64,000 bases of DNA from an uncultured Muribaculaceae bacterium (GTDB lineage Bacteria > Bacteroidota > Bacteroidia > Bacteroidales > Muribaculaceae), in NCBI GenBank assembly GCA_910579675.1, contig CAJTUF010000013.1:15668-79667 (forward strand), read 5' to 3'. The position numbers and the translations under genes are program-made. Shown in pieces: positions 27,712 to 37,486 of this stretch; within the stretch, counting starts at the first letter, position 1, and the number at the start of each line of letters is the position of its first letter. Below the pieces are notes generated by a model that ran no database searches, was not told the origin of the DNA, and saw only the letters and a program-made list of their open reading frames with translations.

Positions 27712-28547
27712 GAAGGTAATGATTTAAGGATGTTATTGAGTCGGGAATGGAAATCACAGTCGGACACGAGAGCTTTGAAGAGAAGCCTCAGATTGAGATC
27801 AGACGGGAAGCTGTCGCCATTGACCGAGATGCTTTCAAGTCCGTCGGCAAAAATCGTGTCAGGCCATCGCCCTTCGCTGTGGCAAGTGATAGCCTCTGAC
27901 AGATCATCAACCGGTGCATCAAGTATCATGCGCCCGTCGTTGATCACCGCCAGGTCAGTAATGATATTTTCAAGTCCTTCGGTGTCGTGGGAGGATATCA
28001 CGATGATACCATCCTGATTATCACCCCGGGCTATGGCGCGGAGTATCTCCCCGCGGGCTATGATATCGAGACCAGCCAACGGCTCGTCCAAAAGTGTGAG
28101 GCGGGCGCGACATGCAAGCGCGAAAGCAAGGATAAATCGCTTCTGCTCGCCCATCGACTGCTTGCTCACCACCGTCGACCGGTTCACTTCCAGATCGGCC
28201 GCCAGACTGTTGTAGAGTTCGGTCGAGAAGTGAGGGTAGAAGGGCCTGTAAGCCTCTACAAACACCGACGGCTTTAAAGCTGGAAACGCCATTGACGCCC
28301 CAACAAGGTAACATGACGAGAGAAAGGCCTCATTGCGGTCAAACGGATTGAGACCAAACGCATCTATTGCTCCACCAAGAGGAGAAAGCCCTCCCGCGAG
28401 TGTCTGGAGAAGGGTTGTCTTTCCGGCGCCATTGCGCCCCAGCAGGCCATAGATATGTCCCGGTTTCAATTGCCAGTCGAGGCCCGACAGCACGGTGTGA
28501 CGGCGATAGCCCACCGACAGACCGCTGATTTTCACTGTTCCATTCAT
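27699..28547 (-). CDS. ABC transporter ATP-binding protein (YtrB/CcmA-like)
   Basis: GLLGRNGAGKTT, SMGEQKR, LLDEP and ISSH. Confidence 0.92.
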   Translation of the reverse strand: MNGTVKISGLSVGYRRHTVLSGLDWQLKPGHIYGLLGRNGAGKTTLLQTLAGGLSPLGGAIDAFGLNPFDRNEAFLSSCYLVGASMAFPALKPSVFVEAYRPFYPHFSTELYNSLAADLEVNRSTVVSKQSMGEQKRFILAFALACRARLTLLDEPLAGLDIIARGEILRAIARGDNQDGIIVISSHDTEGLENIITDLAVINDGRMILDAPVDDLSEAITCHSEGRWPDTIFADGLESISVNGDSFPSDLNLRLLFKALVSDCDFHSRLNNILKSLPSCDD

Positions 28548-28565
28548 AAGCTGAGATCCGTTTTA

Positions 28566-28621
28566 CTGTACCACTTTTATAGTACAGCACAAAGGTATCT
28601 GTTTTTTTCTCCCCCTCCAAA
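28566..28621 (-). promoter_or_regulatory. Promoter and palindromic operator of the GntR/ABC operon
   Basis: TTTG (28621-28618), 20 nt, TACCTTTG (28597-28590); inverted repeat CTGTAC-N10-GTACAG at 28566-28587. Confidence 0.65.
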
Positions 28622-28630
28622 AAAAAAGCG

Positions 28631-28671
28631 AAAAAAAAAATACCGGCACAGTGCGCGACCATGCCGGTATT
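28631..28671 (-). terminator. Intrinsic terminator of the GH109 gene
   Basis: AATACCGGCA / TGCCGGTATT stem with a long A-run (U tail on the minus strand). Confidence 0.8.
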
Positions 28672-28692
28672 GTATAAAATCAGTTGGATCGA

Positions 28693-30348
28693 TTATTTCT
28701 TGGCGAGAGCCTTGGCGATCTGCTTGTCGGCTTTCTCCACAGCCTTGCGGTAAGCCTTTTCAGCCTTTGCCTTAGCCTTGGGGGTGGAGGCAGAGGTCAT
28801 GGCATCGTAGAGATCCCAGAGCTTGTTGTCGGCCACGGCAGCCTTCTGAGCGGCGGTGTAGGCCTTGGCTGCAGCTTCAGCAGCAGCCTCATCTTCGGGC
28901 GCTGCATAAGCGTGGCTGTAGCCCTTCTGGTCGTTCCAGTGACCACGGGTGAAGTCGGGGAAGGTAACAGCTGCGCTGTTGTTGTCCATCGAGAGAGCGC
29001 CGAGCTCACCGAGGCAGCACCATTCAGCAAGGTCATATACGTCCATATCGAGGGGCAGACCATTCTGGAGGCAGTACACGAGGCGGGCATCCATCATGAA
29101 GTCCATGCCGCCATGACCCATCTCGCGGCCAAGTTCGCCGTATTTGGTGAGGATGGGGTGATAGTACTTCTTCATAAGAGCCTCATACTCTTCCTTGGGG
29201 AGGAAACCGTGGCTCGAGAGATTGTCAACCTGAGGCTCTACGCCGCTGGCCTTGAGCTGGCTCTGGTCGAGAGCGATAGCACCCTTGGGATACTTGGTGG
29301 CATAGCCCTTGGTACCGGTGAGCTTGAACAGACGGTTGTAGGGCTGGGGGTTCATCACATTGTGCTGGATCTCAACAACCTTGCCATCTTCGGTGCGCAT
29401 GAGGGTGGTGGTGTGGTCGCCGTTGCGGAAGTCGTTGCACTCCTTGCCGGTCTTCTTCTCCACATACTCCTTGCCATGTACCGACTTGGTGTCCATGGCC
29501 ACGAGGGTCTTGAAGCGGTCGCCGCGGTGGATGTTGAGACACTGTGCAACCGGGCCGAGGCCGTGGGTGGCATAGAGGTCGCCGCGGTTCTCCTTATTAT
29601 ATTTCATACGCCAGCCGAGACCATCGGGATCGTTCTCGGGGTTTTTCCAGTAGTAATCCCAGAAGTCATCGAGATTGTGGATATAAGCGCCTTCTGCACG
29701 GAGCACTTCGCCAAACACGCCGGCCTGAGCCATTGCGAGAGCGTTGAGCTCATAATAGTCGTAGCAGCAGTTCTCAAGGATCATGCAGTGCTTGCGGTTC
29801 TTCTCCGAGAGATCGATGAGCTCCCAGCACTGTTCGAGATTCATTGCCGAGGGAACTTCGATAGCGGTGTGCTTGCCGTTTTCGAGAGCATACTTGGCTA
29901 CGGGGAAATGGTGGTCCCAGTCAGTGGCAACATATACGAGATCAATGTCGGGGCGCTCGCAAAGTGCCTTGTAGCCATCTTCGCCGGAGTAGATGTCGGC
30001 GGGTGCGAGACCTGCCTCACGGAGATATTTCTGGCTCTTCTCAGCACGGGCGGGTTCATAGTCACAAAGCGCAACCACTTCAACACCGGGGATATGGGCG
30101 AAGCGATTGACAGCACCGGGGCCGCGCATACCGAGGCCTACGAAAGCCACACGCACTGTCTCCAGTTTGGGAGCTGTGAGACCGAGCACGTGCTCCTGAC
30201 CGGCAGGGCGTTCGGGAGTCTCCACTACGAGAGTGCCTTTGTCCCAATGTGTCTTGGTTGAGGGCGACAGCGACTGAGCTACCGACTGGAGACCGAATGT
30301 GAGTACCGCAGCCGATGCAATCGCCAGTCCTTTGAAGAATGTCTTCAT
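28693..30348 (-). CDS. Gfo/Idh/MocA oxidoreductase-fold glycosidase, GH109 (alpha-N-acetylgalactosaminidase-like)
   Basis: VGLGMRG, IEVPSA, MILENCCY, YATHGLGP and GHGGMD; signal peptide; -7 box at 30403-30396. Confidence 0.88.
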   Translation of the reverse strand: MKTFFKGLAIASAAVLTFGLQSVAQSLSPSTKTHWDKGTLVVETPERPAGQEHVLGLTAPKLETVRVAFVGLGMRGPGAVNRFAHIPGVEVVALCDYEPARAEKSQKYLREAGLAPADIYSGEDGYKALCERPDIDLVYVATDWDHHFPVAKYALENGKHTAIEVPSAMNLEQCWELIDLSEKNRKHCMILENCCYDYYELNALAMAQAGVFGEVLRAEGAYIHNLDDFWDYYWKNPENDPDGLGWRMKYNKENRGDLYATHGLGPVAQCLNIHRGDRFKTLVAMDTKSVHGKEYVEKKTGKECNDFRNGDHTTTLMRTEDGKVVEIQHNVMNPQPYNRLFKLTGTKGYATKYPKGAIALDQSQLKASGVEPQVDNLSSHGFLPKEEYEALMKKYYHPILTKYGELGREMGHGGMDFMMDARLVYCLQNGLPLDMDVYDLAEWCCLGELGALSMDNNSAAVTFPDFTRGHWNDQKGYSHAYAAPEDEAAAEAAAKAYTAAQKAAVADNKLWDLYDAMTSASTPKAKAKAEKAYRKAVEKADKQIAKALAKK

Positions 30349-30553
30349 GATGATTGGTTTATGGGTTTAGATAGATTGGTTATTGATAATTGATGCAAAG
30401 GTACGCATTATTTATATAAACCACAAGCCAACTTCTCTTATTTGACTACATTTTTACAATCATTTACCAAAACTATCCCGTGTCCCAGATTGTTTTAATG
30501 GCGATAACCCTCCGTTTCATCCATCACGCCCCTTTCCCCTCTCTTTCGACTCC

Positions 30554-31495
30554 ATGAAAAAGATAGCCCGATCACTAATCGAACTCATAGGCAACACTCC
30601 GCTGCTGCAGCCGATGCGCTATGCCACGTCAACAGGCGCCGGGGGTGCCCAGCTCCTCCTCAAACTCGAAGCGTCAAATCCCGGCGGCAGCGTCAAAGAC
30701 CGCGTGGCACTCAACATGATCGTGCGTGCCGAGCAGGACGGATTGCTCGCTCCCGGCGCAACCATCATCGAACCCACATCCGGCAACACCGGCATAGGCC
30801 TCGCATGGATCGCCGCCATTCGCGGATACAAGCTCATTCTCACAATGCCCGACACCATGAGCGCCGAGCGCCGCAAGCTCCTCCTCGCCTATGGCGCGTC
30901 AATCGACCTCACCCCGGGCAAGCTCGGCATGAAAGGGGCCATAGAACGTGCCCGCGAGCTGCGCGAGAAAATCCCCGGCTCGGTGATCCTCGACCAGTTT
31001 GCCAATCCGGCCAACCCTGCCGCACACTTCGCCACCACCGCCCATGAAATATGGCGCGACACATCGGGCAAGATCGACATTTTTGTAGCCGGGGTAGGCA
31101 CCGGTGGCACCATCTCAGGCATAGGCCGTTACCTCAAGTCAAAAAAACCGGGTGTGGAGATCGTGGCTGTGGAGCCTGCAGAAAGCGCTGTGCTGTCGGG
31201 TGGCAACCCCGGGCCTCACCGCATTCAGGGAATCGGCGCCGGATTTATACCCGAGACATACAATGGTACCGTGGTCGACACGGTGATGCCCGTCAAGGGG
31301 AGTCAGGCGGTGCTCGCCGCCCGCGCCCTCGCCCGCACCGAGGGCATACTTACCGGATTTTCGGGTGGTGCGGCTTTGTTTGCCGCCACCGAGCTTGCCC
31401 GACGTAGCGCCAACAAGGGAAAGACCATCGTAGCCCTAATCCCCGACACCGGCGACCGCTATCTCTCCACCGATCTATTTGCCGATCCATCCTGA
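30554..31495 (+). CDS. cysK: Cysteine synthase A
   Basis: NPGGSVKDR, EPTSGNTG, GVGTGGT, HRIQGIG and DTGDRYLST. Confidence 0.95.
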   Translation: MKKIARSLIELIGNTPLLQPMRYATSTGAGGAQLLLKLEASNPGGSVKDRVALNMIVRAEQDGLLAPGATIIEPTSGNTGIGLAWIAAIRGYKLILTMPDTMSAERRKLLLAYGASIDLTPGKLGMKGAIERARELREKIPGSVILDQFANPANPAAHFATTAHEIWRDTSGKIDIFVAGVGTGGTISGIGRYLKSKKPGVEIVAVEPAESAVLSGGNPGPHRIQGIGAGFIPETYNGTVVDTVMPVKGSQAVLAARALARTEGILTGFSGGAALFAATELARRSANKGKTIVALIPDTGDRYLSTDLFADPS

Positions 31496-31521
31496 CCGCC
31501 GCAACTCCCCTCCACCTCTTA

Positions 31522-31574
31522 CCCGGAGGCGCCCAGCCCTCATAGCCGCTGCGCGCCTCCGGGCTTGCATTTTT
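31522..31574 (+). terminator. Hairpin downstream of cysK
   Basis: CCCGGAGGCGC / GCGCCTCCGGG stem followed by a T-rich run. Confidence 0.65.
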
Positions 31575-31651
31575 ATGAAATTTTGCCGAACTTCGCGTAT
31601 CATTTTACCCTATCTATCATTCACCACAATCTATCAGATAAGTTTCAATCA

Positions 31652-32686
31652 ATGATGAAAAATACAGTATTGGCAGCTTTGGCGGCATTAGCCCTCAACA
31701 ACGCCGCTGCCAAAGAACGCGAGATTTGCGTAATGCAGTTCAACGTATGGCAGGAGGGTACATCGGTGCCCGGCGGTTTCGAAGCCATGGCCGACGAGAT
31801 AGCGCGTCAGGCACCCGACATTGTCACTCTCAGCGAGGTGCGCAACTACCACGACACGCGATTCTGCGACCGCATAGTAGAAGCTCTTGCCAAGCGTGGT
31901 CTCACCTACCACTCATTCTACTCTACCGACACCGGACTGCTCAGCCGCACCGAGATCACCGACTCGGCTGTAATCTTTCCCTACATCGACGACCACGGCA
32001 CCGTGCATAAACTCGTGACCGAAATCGACGGCCACCGCGTGGCCGCCTACACCGCCCATCTCGACTATCTCGACGACACCTATTATGAGGTGCGCGGCTA
32101 CGACGGCAACTCCTGGAAGGAGATCGACCCCATCACCGACCACGACGAACTCATGCGCCGCAATCTGCTCTCGCAGCGCGACGAGGCTGCACGGCTGGCC
32201 GCCGCCGACATTGCCCGCGAGCGTGAGGCCGGAAGCCTCATCTTTCTTGGGGGCGACCTCAACGAGCCTTCGGGGCTCGACTGGACCGAGGCCACCGCAT
32301 CGACCGCCGACCACAGGGGCGTGGTGATCAAATGGCCCACGATAGAGATACTCCACGACGCCGGTCTGGTCGACACCTACCGCGCCATCTATCCCGATCC
32401 GGTCGAGTATCCGGGCTACACCTACCCCTCGTCAAACGAAATCATACCTGTCAACCGTCTCTCATGGGCCATCAAGGCCGACGAGCGCGACCGCATCGAC
32501 TATGTGTTCTACGTTCCCGACCCGAGGCTGTCACTCCGGTCGGTCGACATCGTCGGCCCGCAGCGCGATATTATCCGCGGCGAGCGGGTGGCTACCGACT
32601 GGGGTAAACGCGACATTATCGCTCCCATCGATGTGTGGCCGAGCGATCACCGCGCCGTAGTGGCTCGCTTCTCACTCGACAAATAA
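31652..32686 (+). CDS. Endonuclease/exonuclease/phosphatase family protein, secreted
   Basis: QFNVW, LSEV, GGDLNE, RIDYVF and PSDH motifs; signal peptide. Confidence 0.88.
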   Translation: MMKNTVLAALAALALNNAAAKEREICVMQFNVWQEGTSVPGGFEAMADEIARQAPDIVTLSEVRNYHDTRFCDRIVEALAKRGLTYHSFYSTDTGLLSRTEITDSAVIFPYIDDHGTVHKLVTEIDGHRVAAYTAHLDYLDDTYYEVRGYDGNSWKEIDPITDHDELMRRNLLSQRDEAARLAAADIAREREAGSLIFLGGDLNEPSGLDWTEATASTADHRGVVIKWPTIEILHDAGLVDTYRAIYPDPVEYPGYTYPSSNEIIPVNRLSWAIKADERDRIDYVFYVPDPRLSLRSVDIVGPQRDIIRGERVATDWGKRDIIAPIDVWPSDHRAVVARFSLDK

Positions 32687-32820
32687 ACTCGGCCTCACAG
32701 AGAAAAATGTAAGGATTTGCGCAATTTTTACAAACTTTTGTTGCTTTTGCTGGTTATTTAGTATAAATTTGCAGCCGCTAAACTTATTTTCACACTTCCA
32801 ATAGCAACGATTTCACTCAC

Positions 32821-34164
32821 ATGAAGGCAACAGAAGTAATCGACGATCTTCGCCGCAGATTCCCCAACGAGCCGGAGTACATTCAGGCCGTGGAGGAAGT
32901 AATCTCCACCATCGAGGATGCCTACAACGCCAATCCCGAATTTGAACGCTACAATCTTATCGAACGCCTCTGCATCCCCGACCGCATCTTCTCATTCCGC
33001 GTGTCGTGGGTCGACGATCAGGGCCGTGTGCGCAACAATATGGGCTACCGCATCCAGCACAACAACGCCATTGGCCCTTACAAGGGGGGCATCCGCTTCC
33101 ACGCATCCGTCAACCAGTCAATCCTGAAGTTTCTCGCTTTCGAGCAGACCTTCAAAAACTCTCTTACCACCCTCGCCATGGGTGGTGCCAAGGGTGGATC
33201 CGACTTTTCGCCCCGTGGCAAGAGCGACATGGAGGTGATGCGCTTCTGCCAGGCCTTCATCACCGAGCTTTGGCGCCAGATCGGCCCCGACACCGACGTG
33301 CCCGCCGGCGACATTGGCGTGGGCGGCCGTGAGGTGGGCTTCATGTATGGCATGTACAAGAAGCTGGCCCGCGAGTTCACCGGCACCTTCACCGGCAAGG
33401 GTCGCGAATTTGGCGGCTCGCTGATCCGCCCCGAGGCCACCGGTTTCGGCAATGTCTACTTCCTGCTCAATATGCTCGCCACCAAAGGGATCGACATAAA
33501 GGGCAAGCGGGTGGCCATATCCGGATCTGGCAATGTGGCCACCTACACCGCCGTCAAGCTCCTTGAGCTCGGCGCCAAGGTAGTGTCGATGAGTGATTCC
33601 GACGGCTCTATCGTAATCCCCGACGGCCTCACCCACGAACAGCTCGAATATATCCTTGAGCTCAAGAATATCTACCGCGGACGCATACGCGAGTTTGTCG
33701 ACAACTATCCCGACGCCGCAACCTACTATCCCGGCGAGCGCCCCTGGCACCATGTCGACTGCGATATCGCCATGCCCTCGGCCACCCAGAATGAGATCGA
33801 CGGCGACGATGCCCGCGCTCTTGTCAAGCAGGGTGTGATAGCCGTGAGCGAGGGAGCCAACATGCCCTCCACCCCCGAGGCCATAAAGGAGTTCCTCTCG
33901 GCCCGTATCCTCTACGCTCCCGGCAAAGCCGCCAATGCAGGCGGTGTGGCTGTCAGCGGTCTTGAGATGGCCCAGAACTCGCAGAAGATGTCGTGGACTG
34001 CCGAGGAGGTCGATTCCCGCCTCAAGCAGATCATGGCCGATATCCACCATCAGTGTGAGCTTTTCGGCAAAGAACCCGACGGCTTCATCAACTATGTTAA
34101 AGGTGCCAACACCGCCGGCTTCATGAAGGTGGCCCGCGCCATGATGGCCCAGGGCATCCTCTGA
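32821..34164 (+). CDS. gdhA: NAD(P)-dependent glutamate dehydrogenase
   Basis: GPYKGGIRFH, MGGAKGGSDF, VPAGDIGVG and GKAANAGGV; -7 box TAAATTTG at 32764-32771. Confidence 0.96.
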   Translation: MKATEVIDDLRRRFPNEPEYIQAVEEVISTIEDAYNANPEFERYNLIERLCIPDRIFSFRVSWVDDQGRVRNNMGYRIQHNNAIGPYKGGIRFHASVNQSILKFLAFEQTFKNSLTTLAMGGAKGGSDFSPRGKSDMEVMRFCQAFITELWRQIGPDTDVPAGDIGVGGREVGFMYGMYKKLAREFTGTFTGKGREFGGSLIRPEATGFGNVYFLLNMLATKGIDIKGKRVAISGSGNVATYTAVKLLELGAKVVSMSDSDGSIVIPDGLTHEQLEYILELKNIYRGRIREFVDNYPDAATYYPGERPWHHVDCDIAMPSATQNEIDGDDARALVKQGVIAVSEGANMPSTPEAIKEFLSARILYAPGKAANAGGVAVSGLEMAQNSQKMSWTAEEVDSRLKQIMADIHHQCELFGKEPDGFINYVKGANTAGFMKVARAMMAQGIL

Positions 34165-34187
34165 TCGCCCTCCCGATGATATAAGCC

Positions 34188-34235
34188 CCTATGAAAAAAG
34201 CCTCCGCAATCAGTTGCGGGGGCTTTTTTCATAGG
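34188..34235. terminator. Bidirectional intrinsic terminator
   Basis: CCTATGAAAAAAGCCTCCGCAA / TTGCGGGGGCTTTTTTCATAGG, 4-nt loop, between convergent genes. Confidence 0.9.
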
Positions 34236-34257
34236 AGGGAGACCTTTCAGGACTCAC

Positions 34258-35334
34258 TTACTGCTTGGCAGGAGCGAGAGCATCGGCCACAGCCTTCTCA
34301 AGCTCGGCGCCCATGAGGTCGCGCGACACTATGTTGCCCTCCGGATCAAAGAGGATGATGCAGGGGATGGCGGGAATACCGTAGGCATCGGTGGCAACAT
34401 TCTGGGTGTTGAGTATCTGGCCCCAGGGGAGATTGTGGGCCTCGATGGCCTTGCGGGTGTTTTCGGGCTCATCCCACACAGCCACGCCGAGCACTTCGAG
34501 AGTGGTGTCGGGATAAGCGTTGTAGATGCGCTTGATGGTCTCTGTCTCGCGGATGCAGGGACCGCACCAGCTGGCCCAGAAGTCGACGAGAGTGTAGTGG
34601 CCGCGCCCTACGTGGTCGCTCAGGCGGGCGGTATCGCCGTCGTTTACTATCTCGAAGTCAACAAACTTGTGGCCTGGCGAGGTGGCTTCCTTGGTCACGA
34701 GACCCTTGCGTAGCTTCTGCACACGGAGGCTGTTGCCATAGGTGGGATTGGCGGTGATGGCCGAATCCATCTGGGCAAGATTGAGGTCGTAGGCCTTGCT
34801 GATGAAGAGATAAAGGCCGAGAGGGTTGCCGGCATTTTCGGTCATGGTTGCTTCGTTGAGACTGTCGAAGCGCTTGCCGAGAGCTTCGATAGCTGCCTCG
34901 CGGGTGGAATCGGCCATATTCTCGTCGCTGCGGATAGCGGCAAATTCCTTCATGAGCGAATCCTGAGCTACGGTATAGGCGTTCAGACGATCGTTGGTGG
35001 GGGTGCCGGAAGCACGGCGGGTAGCGGAATCAACGGCAATAGTGCCGGGCTCGACCACCACCATGCCCAGGCGGCGGCCATCCATGATGAGGCGACCGAT
35101 ATATGCGGTGTCGACATGCGAGTCAAACTTTGCCATCCCGCCGGTCACTACGGCTGAGTCAACGCGGGAGTCGCTGTCGTAGTTGGTAAGATAAACGATA
35201 TGGCCCTCGGCCTCGGTGGACACGGGCACGGTGAGTGTGAAGTCGCCTCCCTGGGCCGACTTGCTTGCGCCGCCATTGCAGGCAGCCATAGCGCCGAGTG
35301 TCACGGCGCCGACAGTGTAGAGCAGCTTGCGCAT
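34258..35334 (-). CDS. TlpA-like thiol-disulfide oxidoreductase lipoprotein (DUF4369-type N-terminus)
   Basis: Lipobox MAAC; VDFWASWCGPC thioredoxin motif. Confidence 0.9.
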   Translation of the reverse strand: MRKLLYTVGAVTLGAMAACNGGASKSAQGGDFTLTVPVSTEAEGHIVYLTNYDSDSRVDSAVVTGGMAKFDSHVDTAYIGRLIMDGRRLGMVVVEPGTIAVDSATRRASGTPTNDRLNAYTVAQDSLMKEFAAIRSDENMADSTREAAIEALGKRFDSLNEATMTENAGNPLGLYLFISKAYDLNLAQMDSAITANPTYGNSLRVQKLRKGLVTKEATSPGHKFVDFEIVNDGDTARLSDHVGRGHYTLVDFWASWCGPCIRETETIKRIYNAYPDTTLEVLGVAVWDEPENTRKAIEAHNLPWGQILNTQNVATDAYGIPAIPCIILFDPEGNIVSRDLMGAELEKAVADALAPAKQ

Positions 35335-35392
35335 TTTCTTAATGTCTGAGTGGGTATTGTTGATAGATTTTGCTGATTGGTTGGGGCAGGGG

Positions 35393-35833
35393 TCATTCGT
35401 CGTCATCTTCGTCGTCGAAGTCAAAGTCGAAGTCCCAGCCGTCGTCGGAGCCGAAATAGGCCTCCTCTGTAAATTTAGAGAGCTCGCGCCCCTCACGCTT
35501 GGTGGGGCGGCCAAGCCCTTTGCGGCGGTCGATGAATCCCGACACCTTGACCACTTCGAGCAGCTCAAGCTCGCTCTTGGGGGTCACATTTTCGAGATAT
35601 TCCGGCACCAGACGGGCGCCGAGGCGGTTTTGGGTCACGGCAAGCACTTTGAACGAGTAGGTCACCGGGGGCTTGCGCACCTGCACCACATCGCCCGGCT
35701 TGATGGTGCGCGAGGGCTTGACGCTCACGCCGCCCATCATCACGCGGCCCTTCTTGCAGGCGTCGGTGGCAATGGTGCGGGTCTTGAACACCCTTACGGC
35801 CCAGAGCCATTTGTCGATTCTTACTTCTGCCAT
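35393..35833 (-). CDS. hslR: Ribosome-associated heat shock protein Hsp15 (S4 domain)
   Basis: RIDKWLWAVRVFKTRT and GRPTKREGR; acidic tail. Confidence 0.92.
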   Translation of the reverse strand: MAEVRIDKWLWAVRVFKTRTIATDACKKGRVMMGGVSVKPSRTIKPGDVVQVRKPPVTYSFKVLAVTQNRLGARLVPEYLENVTPKSELELLEVVKVSGFIDRRKGLGRPTKREGRELSKFTEEAYFGSDDGWDFDFDFDDEDDDE

Positions 35834-35834
35834 A

Positions 35835-36398
35835 TCACTTGTTGTTGAACTTGCACATGGCCGGCCCTATGCCCTCAAGGCAGAAGGTGCGGATGGCCTC
35901 GCAGGCCACATCCACACGCTCGGGGAGCTGCTTGCGCTCCTCGGCCGGAAAGCGTCCCAGCACATAGTCCACCTGGCAGCCACGCGGAAAGTCGTTGCCA
36001 ACCCCGAAGCGGAGCCTCGGATAGGCATCGCTGCCAAGCATGGCGGCTATGTTTTTGAGTCCGTTATGACCGGCGTCGCTGCCGCGTCCTTTGATGCGTA
36101 TGGCGCCGAAAGGTAGAGCTATGTCGTCGACCACCACAAGGATATGGTCGAGGTCCACTCCCTCTTTCTCCTTCCAATATCTCACGGCGTTGCCCGAGAG
36201 ATTCATGTAGGTCGATGGCTTGAGAAGCACCAGCTGCTGATTTTTTACACGCATACGCGCCACGTCGCCGTAACGCTCGGTCGAAAAACGTGTATTGGAT
36301 GCCTCGGCAAAGGCATCCAATACAGTAAAGCCAATATTGTGGCGTGTGTCGCGATATTCGTCGCCGATGTTTCCAAGCCCCACTATAAGATACTTCAT
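35835..36398 (-). CDS. pth: Peptidyl-tRNA hydrolase
   Basis: [24 protein letters not shown] and GHNGLK. Confidence 0.97.
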   Translation of the reverse strand: MKYLIVGLGNIGDEYRDTRHNIGFTVLDAFAEASNTRFSTERYGDVARMRVKNQQLVLLKPSTYMNLSGNAVRYWKEKEGVDLDHILVVVDDIALPFGAIRIKGRGSDAGHNGLKNIAAMLGSDAYPRLRFGVGNDFPRGCQVDYVLGRFPAEERKQLPERVDVACEAIRTFCLEGIGPAMCKFNNK

Positions 36399-36430
36399 AT
36401 ATATTAAGGCGGGGTGAGATCAGGCGGTTA

Positions 36431-37081
36431 TTACTTCGCAGCAGCTGCGGCAGCACCACGGGCGGCGCGGGTGAGCTGTACGGCGCAGACAACGGCGTTT
36501 TTGGCGTTGACCAGTTCGAGACCTTCAAAGTTGAGGTCACCTACCTGAAGGGTCTTGCCCAGACCGAGGTGATCGACATTGATCACGAGGCGTTCGGGGA
36601 TCTCGGTGTAGGGAGCACGAACTTTGAGCTTCTTCATCGAGAGAGAGAGCTTACCACCGGCCTTAACACCTTCGGCGTGGCCTTCGAGCTTCACGGGAAC
36701 GGTGATGGTGACGGGCTTCTCGGGAGTTACTTCGAGGAGGTCGATGTGGAGCACATTGTCCTTCACGGGGTGGAACTGGATATCCTTGAGCACAGCCATG
36801 CGCTTCTCGCCATTTACTTCGAGCTCGATGGCAAAGATGTCGGGGGTATAGATGAGCTTGCGCACTGCCTCGTTGGTCACTGCGAGGTCGGTGGTGATGA
36901 GGCCCTGGTTGTTGCCGATCTCAACGATCTTCTCGCCGGGCTTGAGGGTGCCCTCAAAGGGAAGGGTGAATACTTTGCCACCGTTGAGCACTACGGGGAT
37001 CTTCGACTCGGCGCGGAGGGCCTGGGCTGCCTTCTTACCGAGGTCGGTGCGAGGCTCGGCTACAAGCTGGAATGTCTTCAT
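36431..37081 (-). CDS. rplY: 50S ribosomal protein L25 / general stress protein Ctc
   Basis: KDIQFHPVKD..LHIDL and GVKAGG; adjacent to pth; -7 box TACCTTTG at 37186-37179. Confidence 0.93.
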   Translation of the reverse strand: MKTFQLVAEPRTDLGKKAAQALRAESKIPVVLNGGKVFTLPFEGTLKPGEKIVEIGNNQGLITTDLAVTNEAVRKLIYTPDIFAIELEVNGEKRMAVLKDIQFHPVKDNVLHIDLLEVTPEKPVTITVPVKLEGHAEGVKAGGKLSLSMKKLKVRAPYTEIPERLVINVDHLGLGKTLQVGDLNFEGLELVNAKNAVVCAVQLTRAARGAAAAAAK

Positions 37082-37486
37082 TTGTTTGTTTGGTAAGTGG
37101 TTGTGTTACTAAAAATTAAGTAAGTTTGCTACTTCTTGATTTCCCATCACACGAGGCGGGAATGCCTGAAAAGCGGTGCAAAGGTACGATTTTTTCTCCA
37201 ATCTCCAATCATCATGCGACATCTTTCACACGCGTGCGCATAATAATCGGACGTTTTTTCTTTTCACCATCCTTCTCTCGCTTTGACACCCCCTGAGGGC
37301 GGCTACGTTAATAGATGTTAACTAAAACCAATCAAAAAGATATGTTTTAGAACATATTTTACATTTATTAACAATCATATTTCTTTTGTATGCTTTTTTT
37401 CACATAATTTCGCGGCTGTTCTGCGAAAGGACACCGACGCATAATTACGTCCGATTAATCTATTTTACCAATCTATCATAATATTC

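Noticed and set aside
28600..28640. Homopolymer runs as a phase-variation switch
   Set aside because: The long A-runs are explained by the GH109 terminator tail and the -33 box; the run inside the promoter spacer is only 7 nt.
28684..30261. 525-aa ORF on the + strand
   Set aside because: It is the antisense shadow of the GH109 gene, which has clear family motifs, a promoter and a terminator.
33118..34050. Long antisense ORF opposite gdhA, and similar shadows at 1009-1968, 15411-16346, 38915-40225, 41431-42867, 48950-50167 and 55516-56424
   Set aside because: These are expected by-products of strong C-ending codon bias in GC-rich genes; they have no motifs or expression signals.
35393..35445. 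Short tandem repeats at the end of hslR
   Set aside because: They simply encode the acidic DFDFDFDDEDDDE tail; not an independent DNA repeat element.
37190..37486. Invertible promoter or tRNA/sRNA upstream of susC
   Set aside because: No long inverted repeats bracket the promoter, no recombinase gene is in the window, and no cloverleaf or terminator-bounded RNA is visible.
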